From: Octopus bimaculoides
Taxonomy: Eukaryota
Assembly (NCBI RefSeq): GCF_001194135.2
Contig: NC_068983.1
Location: 149,250,051 to 149,314,050, forward strand
Direction: 5' to 3'
Length of the DNA: 64,000 nucleotides
Numbering within the stretch: the first letter of the stretch is position 1; the number at the start of each line of letters is the position of its first letter. Shown here in pieces: positions 60,285-64,000 of this stretch. The translations under genes were made by a program, and so were the position numbers. The notes below the pieces were generated by a model that had not been told where the DNA came from, searched no databases, and saw nothing but the letters and a program-made list of their open reading frames with translations.

Positions 60285-63200
60285 CATCCACACACACACA
60301 CACACACACACAACAGAATTCCACACAGTTTCAATCCACTAAATTCACTCACAAGACATTGGCCAACCCAGAGCTATAGTAAAACACACTTGCTCATGGT
60401 GCCATGCAGTGGGACTGAACCTGAAACTATATGGGTGCAAAGCAGGGTTCTTAACCATACAGCCAAGAGCTTTTAATTAAAAAAGAACATGAAATTTACA
60501 ACCATGAAAAGTTATGTTTAAAGTTCTTAATTTTCTTTAACTAATTGCCCTGCAGGTCACTGGGATAATATATAAAAACATTGATTAAGTGTCAAGTATA
60601 GCTACAGGATGTGATTTCAATCCTTAAATCATAACTAATAGAATATCTGTGGTATGGATAATGGAATGAGAACATTGTAGTCTTAATATAACAGGTGTAG
60701 TTCAAAATTCCACGTATGTAACCTAATGCAGCAAAGCTGAAGAAAACAGTGGATACAGAGAATGAAACATGAATATGACAACCGAGATGTGGACACTAGT
60801 CCAAATATATAATGATAATTCCTTATGTCAGGAATTCACACAACACACACACAGTCATGTAGTTATGCTTATGTAAGAAATCAATGATTACACTATACTT
60901 CATTTAATGGGTCTAATAATGCAAACTCATCATTATTTATTATCATTATTATTATTATTAATAATGTTTGTTTTTAATTTTTGCACTTTTGTATCTTCTC
61001 ACAGAAACATTCCACATTCAGCCGCAATGATAAATATTTTGAATAGCAAAAACAAAAACAAAATAACTGCACATATATGATTTAATGATAGAAAGACAAG
61101 AAATGAAACAAACGTTAGTGTGGCCTTTCTGTATGCATAAAACAATGAGAATAATGAGAATCTCTTTTTAGTAGGAGGGGAAAAATAAAATTTAAAACAA
61201 TTTCGAAAATACATCATATGTTTATTATAAACTGGTTTGGCTGGCATGGACAATTCATAATATATAGGTAAGGCTGACATTAAGTTTTTGTCTCAAAACC
61301 TAAGTAAATTCAAGATTTTTATTAATATATTTATCAGAATGGTTAAAAACTGTTTTTAATCGGTAAATAATTGTTGAACTGTAATTTGAAGGAAATAAAA
61401 ACTATTTTCATTTAACAATTTGTCATTTAAGAACGAGTTGGCCACCTCAGGTTTTTTGGCCAAAACTTAAGTAATGTGTGTGTACGTACGTATAAGCATC
61501 ATTACGCTTCGTGCAAATTTACATATATATATATATATATATATACAAAGAATATATATGCATGTATACACACATATATGTACATACTTACATCTACATG
61601 TGTATATAGATGCATATCAGGGTACATATATATATATATATATGAATGAGTGTATTTTGTGTAGTTTTGTCAGTGTATGTATGTAAATATATGTAGATAC
61701 ATACGCCTACATATATATGTATGCGTATACTTAAGTAATGTTTATATATCGACGTGTGTATATGCGTGTGTGTGTGTGTAAATGAAACGTATAGGTGTCT
61801 AATCATACATAGGTGTGTGTTTAAAACCAATTGAAATATTGTCTTGATGAAGAACTCAATACCAAATGTGTAACAGTGAAATATATATATTTATTCACAG
61901 TCACACTTTTATAATAAGTTTGATAAATGTTTTTAACCGAAACTCTAGGTTCTTCAGCAACTCCTACAGTATTCTCAGCAAATAAAAATTTAATATTATT
62001 TACATATATGTAATAAGTATGCTTGTGTGATAGTGTCTATGTACGTGAGTGGTTAAAAAAAAGATGGGGAAATAACAGCTTTAGATGATGGTAGGATTTC
62101 TACATAAAATATTAACAGAGAGGGAGGGAACAGAGAGGGAATGGAAGAAAGAGAGTAGTGGGAAAGGGAGGAGAATATATAGAAGTGGACATTCCGGCCG
62201 AAGTGACCATAACTTTGGTCCGGAGTCTGGCTGGAGGAAGCGAACAAGGAAGGAATTGGTAAGACGACTCTCAGATTCAGTCTATTCTCCGGCTGGAAAG
62301 ACTGAAAGATTTTTTTTTTTTTTAACCTAAACCAAAAGGAATGGTATTTAAATGAAATGGACAGAATCTGAATGAGAATAGAAACTACTGATTACAATTA
62401 GTTTGGATCAGTTTCGGAAGGAATGTCTCTCCTTCTCCTTCAGTGGACATGAATGCAGCTACTTTCGACAGTTCGCCGAACCTTCAGACATGACACCTTA
62501 CAGAGATTCTTCCTCAAACATATTTTGACGTTTGCTTCATTTTATTCCTCTTCTTTTGGTCCTAATAATTTTATTGAGAAAAAAAATATCTCTTTTTCTC
62601 GTGATTCATTATTATTTAATACTTCAAACACAGAATGAAATATATTTTATAGGGATGCAAAATAGATAAGTTTGACAAATCGCTTTACGATGTTCTAAGA
62701 CTTATGATTGATTGGAGTAAGACATATCATTAGTCGATCCAAATAGAGAAAAACGTTATAGATATGATTTAAATTCATTTAAGATACGAAAAAGAAAAAA
62801 AAAAATACCAAAGAGAAACATCAAAGTGATTTTCAGCGAAAGATATCTTAATGAAGCAAATATTTGCAGAAGAAAATAAAGATCAACAATACCCCAAGAC
62901 ATTGTAACGAAATGACACGAAAGAAACAAGAGGAGGAATATAAAACACATGTCGAGATGACAATCTAATTTAACGAAAGTAATTAAGAAATTGATAGAAG
63001 GAAACTAAATTTCCTATGCCCCACCAACATAATAAATCGGTTCCAGCTCTCACCCATCACCTTGCTGTTAATGTTGCTTGTTTTGATTGAAGTCTTACAA
63101 GTTCCGCCATCACGGTGGGAAATTTCCGTAAAAGTCTCTCTGGAGAGATTGACAAACTAAATTCTGAGAAGAAGAACACTAAACGAAACGTTAAGAATAA

Positions 63201-63994
63201 TATGGAGAAGATTGATGTGTTGGAATATATATGAAAAAAAAAATATTGGAGTTACTGAAATAATGTACAAGATGTTTGGTGAAAATATTGAATACAAGAA
63301 AAAGAGAGAGGGAAAAAAAAACTGGCAGTTATAGAATAATAGAAAGAAGAAATATGTCAATAAGATTAAAGTTTAAAGTAATTTCGTAAACGATCGTCTC
63401 TGCTGTGATGATGATGAAGGAGAAGGCATGAGGAAATATGAAATTATAACATTGCTTGGACAGTGAATGTAAGGTGACGATGCGATGTTTAGCCTGGAAA
63501 ATTGACAGCTGCAACTATGCATAAGGGGGATAGAAAGAGAAGAGAGAGGAAAACAGAAGGCATGCTCGCTCGATGTGAATTGATAGATCAGCCATCTTGT
63601 AATCTCATCTGGTCTGTGTGTGTGTGTCTCTCTCTTGTAGCTCTCTCTCAATGGCCGCCCTTTGCCGGCACTCTGTCTGTTCGTCGCCACAGCACACGCC
63701 ATCACATACCACACGCCACTCACACACCTCATTCCTGGAAACAACATACACCAGAAAGACATTTCCGGGCCGGAAAAAACCGAAGAAAACAAAAACAAAA
63801 ACAAATGCAGTTGTGAAATTATCGCTCGTCCAGATTTCATCTGTTTCAACTCTTCTTCCACTGAACTGACCCTGGCCAATTTTTATCTCAAGCTCTTAGA
63901 TACAAAAAAAAAGTAACAATAAACAAATAAAAAAAAATTTTTTCACACACAACCCAACTATGTCCAAATATGTGAAAGGTGTCGTTCGACTTAC

Positions 63995-64000
63995 CAGAGG
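63995..64000 (-). other. Possible minus-strand exon edge with GTAAGT donor at 63994-63989, in a CpG-enriched 5'-like region
   Basis: CCTCTG|GTAAGTC. CpG density rises over roughly 63450-64000. Only 6 exonic bases are inside the window. Confidence 0.3.

Noticed and set aside
63373-63879. 168-aa minus-strand ORF
   Set aside because: It begins at TTG directly after an in-frame stop codon region, includes microsatellite translation and has no recognisable motif.

Overview
AT-rich eukaryotic genomic window with many N gaps, most of them flanked by microsatellites. The SINE/LINE content suggests a coleoid cephalopod, probably Octopus (inference, not verified). Two convergent spliced genes can be rebuilt by hand. 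(1) PDIA6 on the + strand, 9650-30809: 12 coding exons, 1320 nt, 439 aa, two WCGHC thioredoxin domains, C-terminal KSEL, and a perfect ERSE plus a UPRE in its promoter. (2) An unnamed minus-strand gene, 43059-35272: 4 coding exons, 499 aa, with four basic 21-22-aa helical repeats (STPR-like by analogy). A hydrophobic spliced ORF may precede it in the same frame, separated by TAA TGA. The rest is mobile DNA: several tRNA-derived SINE families (including a six-copy head-to-tail train), RTE-clade LINE fragments with a hairpin minisatellite 3' UTR, a Gypsy integrase relic, a decayed mariner, piggyBac- and mariner-type MITEs, a GGATC-ended MITE with an 8-bp TSD and internal telomeric repeats, and a Penelope-like segment with a degenerate type I hammerhead ribozyme motif. 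No rRNA, true tRNA gene or CRISPR array is supported. All coordinates, alignments and folds were done by eye without tools.
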